Assembly (NCBI GenBank): GCA_035654355.1
Contig: DASRXC010000132.1
Span: forward strand, 79-64,078
Reading direction: 5' to 3'
DNA: 64,000 nucleotides
Source: Candidatus Binatus sp.
GTDB taxonomy: Bacteria > Vulcanimicrobiota > Vulcanimicrobiia > Eremiobacterales > Eremiobacteraceae
In this document: piece by piece, positions 28,445 to 38,204 of the stretch
Layout of the letters: each line of letters begins with the position of its first letter
Numbering within the stretch: the stretch's first letter is position 1
Translations under genes and position numbers: made by a program
The notes under the pieces: generated by a model
What the model was told of the DNA's origin: nothing
The model's input: the letters and a program-made list of their open reading frames with translations, nothing else
The model's database searches: none

Positions 28445-29566
28445 CTAGAACGTCACGAACTTGCCGTTATGAACCGTCAGCACGACGCCATCACCGGCCG
28501 CGTCGCGATCCGACGTGAACGAGAAGGCGCCGAGCACGGTGTTCACCGGCTTCATCGTCTTCAACGCCGTGCAGACGTCGCTCGGCGAGAACGACTTGGC
28601 CGCGGACAGCGCGTTCTCCATGATCTGCGCCGCGGCGAACGCTTGCGCTGCGAATTGATCGGGATCTTTGAGGAAGCGCACGCGATACGCCTGAACGAAG
28701 TCGATGTTCCCCGGCGTGCCTGCGCCGATCGCCCACGCGGCGCCGACGACAACGCCTTCGGCCGCGCCGCCCGACAGGCTGTACACCTGTGGCGAGTTCA
28801 AGCCGTTGCCGCCGACGATGTGCGCTTTGATTCCCAGCGTGTGCGCGTCGGCCACTATGTGGCCGGCTTCGACCGCGAGCGCCCCGACGAACAGCAGATC
28901 GGGATTGGCGGCCTTGATGTTGGTCAACTGCGCTTGGAAGTCGACGTCGCCCTTTGAGAACGTCTGCGTCGACACGATCTTGATGTGCTGCGCATCGAGC
29001 GCCGCCTTGGCCACGTCGTAGTCGGTCTTCGTGAACGCGTCGTCGTTGCCGTAGATGATCGCGGCCGTCTTCACCTTGTCACGCGCGATCACGGCCTTGA
29101 GCGCGTGCGGCACGACTGCCGCTTCGGTCAGCGAGTTGCGGAAGACGCACGGGCCCATTGCCGTGACTCCGTTTGCGGTATTCGAGATGCCGAGCACCGG
29201 CATGCCGGCGGCGACGGCAATCGGATCTGTCGCGAACGCTTCGCTTGAGAGCGTCGGCCCGACGATCGTCACGACCTTACCACCGGTCGTGAAGGTCTGG
29301 AACAGGTTGACCGCTTGGCCCTTCTGCGAGGCCGCATCTTGGATGTCGAAGGTCAGGCGCACGCGCCCATTTTTATTGACGTAATCCTGGCCGAGCTGCA
29401 GGCCGTTCTTCTGACCGTCGCCGTACAAGCCAGCCGAGCCGCTGGTGTCAAGCACCGCTCCAACGGTCGCATCGCCGCCGGCTGCACGTGCGGGCAGCGG
29501 AATGGAGCCGCCGACCAACAGCGCGGCGGAAGAAATAAGGAAGAACGCACGAATAGAGCGGTGCAT
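28445..29566 (-). CDS. LIV-type periplasmic substrate-binding protein (type I PBP); ligand not assignable
   Basis: Trimmed to ATG 29566 (MHRSIRAFFLISSAALLVGG...ARAAGG signal peptide). Body follows the Leu/Ile/Val-binding protein family pattern (GAVLDTSGSAGLYG..., VVTIVGPTLS). First gene of the liv-like operon. Confidence 0.87.
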   Translation of the reverse strand: MHRSIRAFFLISSAALLVGGSIPLPARAAGGDATVGAVLDTSGSAGLYGDGQKNGLQLGQDYVNKNGRVRLTFDIQDAASQKGQAVNLFQTFTTGGKVVTIVGPTLSSEAFATDPIAVAAGMPVLGISNTANGVTAMGPCVFRNSLTEAAVVPHALKAVIARDKVKTAAIIYGNDDAFTKTDYDVAKAALDAQHIKIVSTQTFSKGDVDFQAQLTNIKAANPDLLFVGALAVEAGHIVADAHTLGIKAHIVGGNGLNSPQVYSLSGGAAEGVVVGAAWAIGAGTPGNIDFVQAYRVRFLKDPDQFAAQAFAAAQIMENALSAAKSFSPSDVCTALKTMKPVNTVLGAFSFTSDRDAAGDGVVLTVHNGKFVTF

Positions 29567-29661
29567 CTGCTTCACGCCTTTCTTGCGGACCAAATGAATG
29601 GCGGATAGCTACGCGCCGGCGCATGGGGCGACCTCCAGAATCGCCGGTGGGGAGGCAACCG

Positions 29662-31263
29662 ATGGCAGCCGTCGCTCAGGTGCCCGACGCGTTCAACGCG
29701 GCGCAGCATTTCGTCGACCGTAACGTCGAGCAAGGGCGCGCCGGCAAGGTCGCTGTCGAATGCGGCGACCAGCGGCTGACGTACGGCGATGTCCTTGCCA
29801 GCGTCAACCGCTGCGCGAACGCGCTCGTCTCGCTCGGGATCACGCCTGAGCAGCGCGTCACGCTCCTGCTGCCGGACTGTCCGGACTTCATCCATTGCTT
29901 CTTCGGCGCAATGAAGACCGGCGCGATCGCCGTGCCATCGAACACGCTGCTCAAGCCGCACGATTACCGCTATATGCTCGAGGACAGCCGCGCCCGCGTG
30001 CTCGTCGTATCGACCTCTTTGTGGCAATCGGTCGCGCCGATCGTGCGCGACTTGCGCTACCTCAGCGTCGTCGCAGTCGTGGACGACGCAGGTACGGGCA
30101 TGCCGGAGGACGCGCCGGTCGCATTGGTCGATTTCCATCAAGCGCTTGCCGCAGCTTCGCCGGAGTTCAGCCCGTTTGACACCAGCAAAGATGATGCGGC
30201 GTTTTGGTTGTACAGCTCGGGAACGACGGGCTTTCCAAAAGGCACGATCCACCTCCACCACGACATGGTCTTCTGCTGCGACACGTTCGGCAAGCACGTG
30301 CTCGGCATCCGTGAGAGCGATCGCACGTTTTCGGTGGCCAAACTCTTTTTCGCCTATGGCCTTGGGAACGCGCTCTACTTCCCGTTCGGCGTTGGTGCGA
30401 CGACGATATTGTATCCGGGGCGGCCGCTACCCGATGTCGTGCTCGAGATCGCCTCAAAATCCAAGCCGACGATTTTCTACGCCGTTCCGACCGCGTATGC
30501 CGCGATGCTCGACGTCGCCGATGGTCCCGCTCGCTTCGACTTGTCGTCCGTCCGTTTCGGGGTGTCCGCGGGTGAAGCGTTGCCGGCCGATATCTACCGC
30601 CGCTGGAAAGCGGCGTTCGGTTTTGACATCATCGACGGGATCGGATCGACTGAAGCCGCGCATATGTTCATCTCCAACCGGCCAAGCGCGATCAAGCCGG
30701 GCTCTTCCGGCCAGATCGTGGAGGGCTACGATGCGCGAATCGTGGACGCGGACGGCGCGCCGGTACCAATCGGCGCGACCGGGCGGCTGCAGATCTCTGG
30801 CGACAGCGTTGCGGCCGGATATTGGAACCGCCACGAGAAAACCAAGTCGACGTTTCTAGGCGAGTGGCTAGACACTGGCGACACGTACCGCCTCGATGAG
30901 GACGGCTACTATTGGTACGCAGGCCGCAGCGACGACATGCTCAAGGTCGGTGGGCAGTGGGTGTCGCCGGTCGAAGTCGAGAGTACGCTAATCGAACATC
31001 CAGCAGTGCTCGAGGCGGGCGTCGTCGGCGTACCCGACGAGCACGATCTCATCAAGCCGGTCGCGTACGTGGTGCTGCGACGCGGGCAAATTTCGTCAGA
31101 TGCACTGGCCAACGAGCTGCAAGGCTTTGTCAAAGAGCGTCTCGCCCAGTACAAGTATCCGCGCGAACTGCATTTTCTCGACGAGTTGCCGAAGACCGCC
31201 ACGGGTAAGATCCAGCGCTTCAAACTGCGCGAGCTCTCTAAGAAGAACACGCAATCGGCGTAA
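29662..31263 (+). CDS. benzoate-CoA ligase family AMP-forming acyl-CoA synthetase
   Basis: N-terminus NAAQHFVDRNVEQGRAGKVAVECGDQRLTYGDV, LYSSGTTGFPKG AMP-binding motif, GEWLDTGDTY and the C-terminal PKTATGKIQRF. Start moved to ATG 29662, which has GGGGAGG 6 nt upstream; the ORF track starts at 29623. Confidence 0.85.
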   Translation: MAAVAQVPDAFNAAQHFVDRNVEQGRAGKVAVECGDQRLTYGDVLASVNRCANALVSLGITPEQRVTLLLPDCPDFIHCFFGAMKTGAIAVPSNTLLKPHDYRYMLEDSRARVLVVSTSLWQSVAPIVRDLRYLSVVAVVDDAGTGMPEDAPVALVDFHQALAAASPEFSPFDTSKDDAAFWLYSSGTTGFPKGTIHLHHDMVFCCDTFGKHVLGIRESDRTFSVAKLFFAYGLGNALYFPFGVGATTILYPGRPLPDVVLEIASKSKPTIFYAVPTAYAAMLDVADGPARFDLSSVRFGVSAGEALPADIYRRWKAAFGFDIIDGIGSTEAAHMFISNRPSAIKPGSSGQIVEGYDARIVDADGAPVPIGATGRLQISGDSVAAGYWNRHEKTKSTFLGEWLDTGDTYRLDEDGYYWYAGRSDDMLKVGGQWVSPVEVESTLIEHPAVLEAGVVGVPDEHDLIKPVAYVVLRRGQISSDALANELQGFVKERLAQYKYPRELHFLDELPKTATGKIQRFKLRELSKKNTQSA

Positions 31264-31286
31264 GGTAGTAGAGGCGTAAGCTCGCG

Positions 31287-32570
31287 TTATCCCGCGAGCG
31301 CTTCACCTATCGCAAGGACCGTGCGCGCGATATCTTCTTCTGTGTGCGCCGCGGTCAAGAACATGACTTCCATGTTTGATGGCGGCAGCATGATGCCGCG
31401 CTCTAACATCCTCCAATAATATCGCGCGTATGCGTCCCCGTCCGCCTGGGAGGCTTCGGCGCAATTGCGCGGTGGCGCGCCGGATCTGAAGGCGAAATCG
31501 ACGATTGAGCCGAGCTGCACGACAGGGTAGTCGAGGCCGGCCGCCTCGATCGCCCTCCGCGCACCCTCAGCCAATCGGCGTCCGAGTGAGTCGAGCCGGT
31601 CGTAAAATCCACTATCGCGATGAAGTTCGTCGAGAAACGCGTGCGCGGCTGCGACGCAGACGGGGTTGCCCGAGAACGTGCCGCCCTGAAAAACGCCTCC
31701 AGCCGGTGCAAGAACTTCCATGATATCCGCACGCCCGCCAAATGCTGCGATCGGCAACCCGCCGCCAAGGGTCTTGCCGACGCACGTGATATCCGCGTCC
31801 ACGCCACACCGAGCTTGAGCACCTCCGGTCCCGAAACGAAACCCCGTGATCACTTCATCAAAGATCAGCAGCGTGCCGGTACGATCGCATGCAGCGCGCA
31901 CCGCCTGCAGATAGCCCGGCTCGGGTAGGACGAGGCCCATATTCGCCGCGACCGGCTCGATGATCACTGCGGCTGCGGATCGGTCGCTCAGCGCCCGTTC
32001 AAGCGCACGTGCATCGTTGTACTCCACGATCGTGACACCGGCGACAGCACCGTGCGGCACACCGCACTGTATCGTTGGCACAGACGCGGATGATGCGCCC
32101 GCCGAGAAGATCATCTCGTCGGAGTGTCCATGATAGCAGCCACGCAATCGCACGATCCGCTCTCGGCCGGTGAACGCGCGCGCGACGCGCACGGCGCTCA
32201 TGCACGCTTCGGTGCCCGTGTTGACAAAGCGCAGGCGCTCGATGCTCGGCATCAATGCGCAGATGCGCTCCGCAAGCCGAACTTCTTCGGGATGAGTGGC
32301 GCCGAAAACAGTGCCGGCGCGCAAGGCCGACTCTACCGCGGCCGTCACAGACTGATCGGCGTGGCCGAGCAGCACGGGTCCGTACGCGCAGACATAGTCG
32401 ATGTATTCGTCGCCGTCGACGTCGGTGACGCGTGCGCCGCGTGCGCGCGAGATGACGGGAGGCGGCGCGCCCATCGGCGCGCCCGCGCGGACGGGCGAAT
32501 CGACGCCGCCCGCGAGAAAGCGTTGCGCTCGCGCGAACAGCTCGGCGCTGCGGGTTGAAGCGGCGCGCAC
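31287..32570 (-). CDS. hemL: glutamate-1-semialdehyde 2,1-aminomutase
   Basis: LFARAQRFLAGGVDSPVRA..., DEVITGFR and the PLP-lysine context CVGKTLGGGLP. 427 aa. Confidence 0.92.
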   Translation of the reverse strand: MRAASTRSAELFARAQRFLAGGVDSPVRAGAPMGAPPPVISRARGARVTDVDGDEYIDYVCAYGPVLLGHADQSVTAAVESALRAGTVFGATHPEEVRLAERICALMPSIERLRFVNTGTEACMSAVRVARAFTGRERIVRLRGCYHGHSDEMIFSAGASSASVPTIQCGVPHGAVAGVTIVEYNDARALERALSDRSAAAVIIEPVAANMGLVLPEPGYLQAVRAACDRTGTLLIFDEVITGFRFGTGGAQARCGVDADITCVGKTLGGGLPIAAFGGRADIMEVLAPAGGVFQGGTFSGNPVCVAAAHAFLDELHRDSGFYDRLDSLGRRLAEGARRAIEAAGLDYPVVQLGSIVDFAFRSGAPPRNCAEASQADGDAYARYYWRMLERGIMLPPSNMEVMFLTAAHTEEDIARTVLAIGEALAG

Positions 32571-32580
32571 GGCAGTGGGT

Positions 32581-33789
32581 CTAGAGCGGCTTGTCGGCGG
32601 GCGTCGCGGCCGGCTCGCGCTCGCGCCCGCCCGGCATCAGCCGCTTGAGCTGGGCCAACGAGATCGCTTGTGAGTTGCCGAGCGTTTCGATCATCTCGAC
32701 ATAGCGCGTCATGTCTTCTTGGCGCACGAGGCCGATGTACTCGCCGAGCTCGTCGACGACGATGACGCAGCGCAGCGGACTGACAGGCACGGCTGCGGTG
32801 AGCACGACCGCATCGCATTCCGCGTCGAACGTGGGCAGGCCGCCGGTGCGCGACATGATCGTCGAGATCGGTGTGGTGTCGGCATCGTTTTGCGGCACGC
32901 GCGCGACGTCGACGTCAGATACGAGACCGGCGAGGCGCTCACCGAACAGCACCGCGATCACGCGCGAAGACGCGCCACCGCGCAAGATCGCAGCCGCCGA
33001 CGCGACTGAATCCGAGGTCTGCAACACCGGCACGTCACGGGCACAGAGATCTTTGACGGTCAGTCCCTCGAGTGCGGTGCGCATGATGATCGTTCGATAC
33101 GCGCTTTCTGCAAGACCGGCAAGCAGCCAGCCGATCAGCACGACCCACATGCCGGCGATGACGTTGACGTCACCGCGCAAGAGCAGCCACACGCCGGCGC
33201 CGGCAATCAGATATGCGAACGCTTTGCCCGCCGTCGCTGCGCGGCGCGTCGCAGAGACGACGTTGCCGGTCAGCTTCCAAAGCACTCCGCGCAGTACCAT
33301 GCCGCCGTCCATCGGATAGCCGGGAATCGCGTTGATCGCGAACAGCAAGGCGTTGGCCGAGGCGAGATTCAGCAGCAAGAGCGCCGCCTGCGAGTTCGCC
33401 GTCCAAATAGCGGCGCCGATCGCGAAGAACACCCCCGCGAGCAGTGCGCTGGCAGCCGGACCGGCCAGGCCGATCGCGATATCGTCGTCGGGCTCGCTGC
33501 GCACGCCGCCCACGTGCGCCAGGCCGCCGAACAGGTATAAGGTGACGCTTGAGACGATGAGCCCGCGGCTGCGGGCGACAAAGGCGTGTCCCATCTCGTG
33601 GGCAAGAATGGACAGCACGAGCAACCCCGAGACGATGATGGCGACCGCCAGCCGCTCTGGGATACCGGCCGCCGGCGTAACCGCTGGGAGATACCCGTAG
33701 GCCAGGACGCTGGTGAGCGCGCCAAAGACGATCAGGGTCGAATAGTGGGCGCGGATTTCGATGCCGGCCAGGCGGCCCAAGGTCATCAT
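32581..33789 (-). CDS. site-2 protease family (peptidase M50) with a CBS pair
   Basis: HEMGHAF zinc motif in the first membrane block, a second block with NAIPGYPMDGG, and a C-terminal tandem CBS-like region. Confidence 0.85.
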   Translation of the reverse strand: MMTLGRLAGIEIRAHYSTLIVFGALTSVLAYGYLPAVTPAAGIPERLAVAIIVSGLLVLSILAHEMGHAFVARSRGLIVSSVTLYLFGGLAHVGGVRSEPDDDIAIGLAGPAASALLAGVFFAIGAAIWTANSQAALLLLNLASANALLFAINAIPGYPMDGGMVLRGVLWKLTGNVVSATRRAATAGKAFAYLIAGAGVWLLLRGDVNVIAGMWVVLIGWLLAGLAESAYRTIIMRTALEGLTVKDLCARDVPVLQTSDSVASAAAILRGGASSRVIAVLFGERLAGLVSDVDVARVPQNDADTTPISTIMSRTGGLPTFDAECDAVVLTAAVPVSPLRCVIVVDELGEYIGLVRQEDMTRYVEMIETLGNSQAISLAQLKRLMPGGREREPAATPADKPL

Positions 33790-33880
33790 ATGCGGTCGAC
33801 CGGCTTCGGCAGCCCTGTAACGAAACCCGTGGTGGTCCGGTCAGACTGAACAGGAGGGAGTTGCTCACGCTTCCTCCATT

Positions 33881-34858
33881 TTGTTTTCGCGGGACAACGT
33901 AGACGGCTGGATGAAGCCGGACGTTGTGTCTGTTGGTGTTCGAGGCGCGGCTGGAACAAGGCCCTACGTCATCGTTGCAAACCGCTTTGCAGGGCGTGGT
34001 CGCGCGCGCGGTTTGCTCGGTCGAGTGGCATCGGCGCTTGGCGGTCCGCCTGGCGCAGTCATCGAGTCGGATCTGTCGCCGGCGTTCGCGACGCACCTCA
34101 ACGATGCGATCGGATCGGTCGGCGGCTCGCCGCTGATCGTCTGCGTCGGCGGCGACGGCACTGCATCGCTCACGTTCGACGCATTGGCGACGCCGGACGC
34201 CGCGATTCTTGCATTCGTCCCTTGCGGTTCGGCGAACGATCTTGCGTGGACGCTCGGCATCCAAAATATTTCTGACGCGTTGAGCGTGTTGCGCGGCGGC
34301 GTCGAGCGTCCGATCGATTACGGCTTGGTCGAGCGCAGGCGCTTCCTCAATTGCGTCGGCATGGGGCTCGATGCGGAAGTCGCCGCGATCGCCGCGCGCA
34401 TCCGCCGGCGTGGCTGGGCGAAAGGCTTTTCCTATTACCTCGCCGCGCTGCGCGGTCTACTGATGGTCAAACCGCTGGCTGCGACCATCCGCACGCTCGA
34501 GTACGAAGTCGAACTTCCCGATCTTGTGATGCTCACCGTCGGCAATGGCGGTTGGTACGGCGGCGGATTTCGCGGCGCGCCGCGTGCGGAGCTCGACGAC
34601 GGCGTGTTCGATTGCTACGCGTTTCGCGACGTTCCCGGACTGCCTGCTCGCCTGGCGCTCATGCGCCGCATCCGAGCGGGCGAGCATCCAGGTGAACCAC
34701 ACGTGATCGAGATGCGCACGCAGTCGATCGACGTCTCGTTCTCGCGCCCGGTCGCCATGCACGTCGATGGCGAGCTGATGCCAGTCCAACGCGCACATAT
34801 CGAAATCGTGAAGCGCGGAACGCGGGTGCTGGTGCCCCCGAGGGCTCCAGCCGGCTAG
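33881..34858 (+). CDS. diacylglycerol/lipid kinase family protein (YegS-like)
   Basis: Catalytic-domain motif VCVGGDGTAS, then PCGSANDLA and GMGLDAEV. TTG 33881 per the ORF track; ATG 33911 is an alternative start. Confidence 0.8.
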   Translation: MFSRDNVDGWMKPDVVSVGVRGAAGTRPYVIVANRFAGRGRARGLLGRVASALGGPPGAVIESDLSPAFATHLNDAIGSVGGSPLIVCVGGDGTASLTFDALATPDAAILAFVPCGSANDLAWTLGIQNISDALSVLRGGVERPIDYGLVERRRFLNCVGMGLDAEVAAIAARIRRRGWAKGFSYYLAALRGLLMVKPLAATIRTLEYEVELPDLVMLTVGNGGWYGGGFRGAPRAELDDGVFDCYAFRDVPGLPARLALMRRIRAGEHPGEPHVIEMRTQSIDVSFSRPVAMHVDGELMPVQRAHIEIVKRGTRVLVPPRAPAG

Positions 34859-36519
34859 TCCATCACCCATTCCCACGAGTTCCAGAACGACGACGTCGCC
34901 GGCGACGGTAAATAATTGTGGAACCGATCGGTGATGACGTCGAGACGCCGGTCGTGGAACACGAAGATCGTCGGCACCTGCTCGACGAGCTCATGCTCGA
35001 TGATGGAATACTGCGCGGTGCGCTGTCCTTGGTCGAACGTGGCGAGCGCCGCTTTCTCGGCATCGTCAAGCTTCTTGTCGCACCAGAACATGTTGTTCTG
35101 ACCGGCGGGCGGGAACTGATCGCAGGCGTACAGCGACGAGTTGTCTGGGTCCACGCCCGAAACCCAACCGAAGTAGCCCAACTGGTACTTGCCGGAGTTG
35201 AGGATGCCGCCGGCTTGCTGCGATCCGAAGTAGAGCGGCGCGGGGTAGACCTTTTGGTTGAGGATGATGCCGATATCGCGCAGCCGGGCTGCCGCGACAG
35301 AACCGATTTTCGAGCCCAAGACGTTGCCGCTGATATAGGAGAACTGCAACTCGAGCTTCTCGCCGTTCTTCTCGCGCACGCCATCAGGGCCGACTTTCCA
35401 GCCTGCCTCGTCGAGGAGCGCGCGCGCCGCAGCGGGATTGTTGTCGTACACTGGGAGATCGTGCGGAAACGCCCAGCTGTACGGCGCTATATCGCTGTTC
35501 GCGGCTTGATAGACGTCGTAAGTGAGATCGTGTGCCATCGCTTTGCGGTCGAGCGCATACTCAATCGCCTTGCGCACGCGCAGATCCGCTAAGATCGGGT
35601 CCTTGAAGTTGAAATCGATGTGCCCGAAGACGTTTTGATCGGAGATGATGGCTTTGTAGCCGGGTATTTTCACGAGCTGCTCGTACTCGTTCGGGTCCGC
35701 GCGGAACCACGCGTCGATCTCGTGCGTTTGGAGCAAGACTCTGATCGTCGTCGTGCTGGCGACGAAGCGGAAGACGATCTGCGAGAGTTTGGGCGGTCCG
35801 CGCCAGTAGCCGGGATTCGCGATCAGCGTGATGTGATCGCCGTGCTGCCACTCGGTGATTTTGAACGGTCCTGAGCCGACCGGCAGCGAGTTGAACGGGA
35901 CTTGATTGATGTTCGGATACTGCGCGAGTATGTGCGCGGGCAGAATCGGTTCCTGTCCCTGTTGCCCCATGAAGTACGCGATGATGGGCGAGAAGACGCG
36001 TTTCATGTGGACGACCACCGTGTAGTCGTCGGGAGCGTCAACCGACGCGATCTGATCGTAACCGGTGCGCACCTGCACGTTGTTCGCCGGATTCATGATC
36101 GCGTGGAACGTGAAGACGACGTCCTTTGCGGTGAGCGGCTGGCCATCTTGCCATTTGATGCCGTGGCGCATGTGATAGGTGATCGTCAGTCCATCTTTGC
36201 TGACACCGCCATTGGCCAGCGTCGGAACTTCAAGCGCAGCCTCGGGGACGAAATTCTGTTTGTCGTCGACGTTGAAGAAAAACGTGAACGCGAGGTATTC
36301 GAGATCCGCGGTCACGATCTGCGTGCTGAGCAGTGGGTTGAGCGAATCCGGCTCTGAGATGTCTGCGTAGCGCAGAACGCCAGGGACGCCGCCACCGCCG
36401 CCGGGCGTCGTCGTGCTTTGCGAGACCTTCGTGCAGCCGGCGATCGTTGTTGCAGCGATCGCGACCGCCAGCGCGACTCGGATCCGGTCGCTCCAACGCG
36501 ATGGCGTCGTTCGTTTCAT
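34855..36519 (-). CDS. ABC-type solute-binding lipoprotein, family 5 (peptide/nickel/opine type), copy 1
   Basis: ATG 36519 (MKRTTPSRWSDRIRVALAVAIAATTIAGC, lipobox IAGC) in ATGA overlap with the upstream stop; ATG 36531 is an alternative. Family-5 body. C-terminus WNSWEWVMD. Confidence 0.88.
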   Translation of the reverse strand: MKRTTPSRWSDRIRVALAVAIAATTIAGCTKVSQSTTTPGGGGGVPGVLRYADISEPDSLNPLLSTQIVTADLEYLAFTFFFNVDDKQNFVPEAALEVPTLANGGVSKDGLTITYHMRHGIKWQDGQPLTAKDVVFTFHAIMNPANNVQVRTGYDQIASVDAPDDYTVVVHMKRVFSPIIAYFMGQQGQEPILPAHILAQYPNINQVPFNSLPVGSGPFKITEWQHGDHITLIANPGYWRGPPKLSQIVFRFVASTTTIRVLLQTHEIDAWFRADPNEYEQLVKIPGYKAIISDQNVFGHIDFNFKDPILADLRVRKAIEYALDRKAMAHDLTYDVYQAANSDIAPYSWAFPHDLPVYDNNPAAARALLDEAGWKVGPDGVREKNGEKLELQFSYISGNVLGSKIGSVAAARLRDIGIILNQKVYPAPLYFGSQQAGGILNSGKYQLGYFGWVSGVDPDNSSLYACDQFPPAGQNNMFWCDKKLDDAEKAALATFDQGQRTAQYSIIEHELVEQVPTIFVFHDRRLDVITDRFHNYLPSPATSSFWNSWEWVMD

Positions 36520-38204
36520 TTCATCTCCCATTCCCACGTGTTCCAGTTGCTCGTCGTGGCCGGCGCCGGCACGAAGTTCTTGAAACCGTCGGCCGTCACG
36601 AAGATCTGCCGCTGGAAATACAGCACGATGGTGACCGCTTGCGATGCGATCTCCTTTTGGATTATCGAATAGTACGGTTTGCGGGCGCGCTGATCGTATG
36701 ATGAGAGGGCCCCGACCTCGGCGCGGTCGAGCTTCGGATCGGACCACCAGAGCGCGTTCTCACCGGCTGGCGAGATGTTCCAGGTCGCGTACAACGACTC
36801 GTCTCCACCCGGATCTGCCCCGGTCACCCACGAGTACAGGGCCGACTCGTACTTGCCCGCCTGGATGATGCCGCCGCGCTGGTAGCTGTCGAAGAACAGC
36901 GCGGTCGGATAATTCTTGATCGACGCGTCGACGCCGATCTTGCGGAAATCGGATTGCAGGATCTGCTCGACCGCTTCGGGCGTTTTCGCGCCCGCCGCAG
37001 CGCTGATGTTGAAGGCTAGACGCTGTCCATCTTTGACGCGGATGCCATCGTCGCCCAGCTTCCAGCCGGCGTCGTCAAGCATGCGGCTCGCGGCCGCCGG
37101 ATCGTAGTCGTAGTGAGGTACATCTGGTTCGTATGCCCACGATAGCGGCGGAAGATCTGAGTACGCGACGACGTACACATCGTGCGTGACGTCGTGCACG
37201 ATCCGCTTCCGGTCGACCGCCATCGCTAGCGCGCGCCGCACGCGCACATCCTGGAAGATCGGATCCTTCTGGTTGAGATCGAGGTGCGCATATACAAGCG
37301 CCGGCGACAGCTGCACGCGGAAGCCCATCGCCGACAACTTTTGGATCTGTGGATACAGATCCGAAGGCGCACGGAACCACGCGTCGACCTCATGCGTCTG
37401 CAGCTGGGTCATAATCGTCGTCTCAGATGGGATGATCTTATAGATGATGCGCTTGAGTTTAGGCGGCCCGCGCCAATACAGCGGATTGGCTTCCAGCTCG
37501 ACGCGATCTCCATGCACCCAGCGCACGAACTTGAACGGGCCGGTGCCCACAGGGTTCGTGTTGAACGGCACTTGATTGAGGTTTGGGTACTTCTCGAGTA
37601 GGTGCGCAGGCAGCACCGGGTAGAGGCCGGTCTCGGCGAAATACGTCGTGAGGGCCGCCGCGTAGATCTTCTTGAGATGGATACGCACCGTGTACTTGTC
37701 GGGCGCATCCACGGAAGCGATGCGGTCCCAGCCGTTGCGCGATACGAGATTGTTGTCGGGGTTCAAAATCGCGTGGACGGTGAACACAACGTCGTGCGAG
37801 TCGAACGGCGCGCCGTCATGCCACTTCACTCCATGACGCAGGTGGTAGGTGAGCGTGAGGCCGTCCTTACTGATGCCGCCGTTCTGATAGCTGGGCACGA
37901 CGGTCGCGAGCTCCGGTATTAAGCGCATCTTGTCGTCGAGGTTGAAGAAAAAGCCGAAGATGAACATGTCCATGTCGGTGCCGACCGCGGTAAGGCGGAG
38001 CAGCGGATTCATGGAGATCGGCTCTTCGATGTCGGCGTAGCGAAGCGTGCCCGGAATCGTGCCGGCCTGACTGATGGGCGCGGTGCTTTGCGAGATCTTG
38101 CTGCACCCGACGAGCACGAGCGCGGCACATGCGCACAGCGCGGCCGAGTACAAACGACCGCGCGAACGACGCCGTTGGCCGGCGCTTGCTATTTCATCTC
38201 CCAT
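36516..38204 (-). CDS. ABC-type solute-binding lipoprotein, family 5, copy 2
   Basis: ATG 38204 (MGDEIASAGQRRRSRGRLYSAALCACAALVLVGC, lipobox LVGC) overlaps the upstream gene by 16 nt. The longer ORF-track N-terminus reads through the upstream gene in another frame and is rejected. Confidence 0.88.
   Translation of the reverse strand: MGDEIASAGQRRRSRGRLYSAALCACAALVLVGCSKISQSTAPISQAGTIPGTLRYADIEEPISMNPLLRLTAVGTDMDMFIFGFFFNLDDKMRLIPELATVVPSYQNGGISKDGLTLTYHLRHGVKWHDGAPFDSHDVVFTVHAILNPDNNLVSRNGWDRIASVDAPDKYTVRIHLKKIYAAALTTYFAETGLYPVLPAHLLEKYPNLNQVPFNTNPVGTGPFKFVRWVHGDRVELEANPLYWRGPPKLKRIIYKIIPSETTIMTQLQTHEVDAWFRAPSDLYPQIQKLSAMGFRVQLSPALVYAHLDLNQKDPIFQDVRVRRALAMAVDRKRIVHDVTHDVYVVAYSDLPPLSWAYEPDVPHYDYDPAAASRMLDDAGWKLGDDGIRVKDGQRLAFNISAAAGAKTPEAVEQILQSDFRKIGVDASIKNYPTALFFDSYQRGGIIQAGKYESALYSWVTGADPGGDESLYATWNISPAGENALWWSDPKLDRAEVGALSSYDQRARKPYYSIIQKEIASQAVTIVLYFQRQIFVTADGFKNFVPAPATTSNWNTWEWEMK

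Noticed and set aside
31280-31299. 7-bp hairpin GCTCGCG/CGCGAGC between the CoA ligase and hemL, considered as a bidirectional terminator
   Set aside because: Short stem, no U-tract on either strand, and its loop contains the hemL stop codon. Too weak to list as a feature.
33170-34264. 364-aa minus-strand ORF spanning the M50 protease / lipid kinase boundary
   Set aside because: An alternative frame of the M50 gene and antisense to the kinase. Extremely Arg-rich with no motifs, whereas both overlapped genes have catalytic signatures (HEMGHAF, GGDGT).
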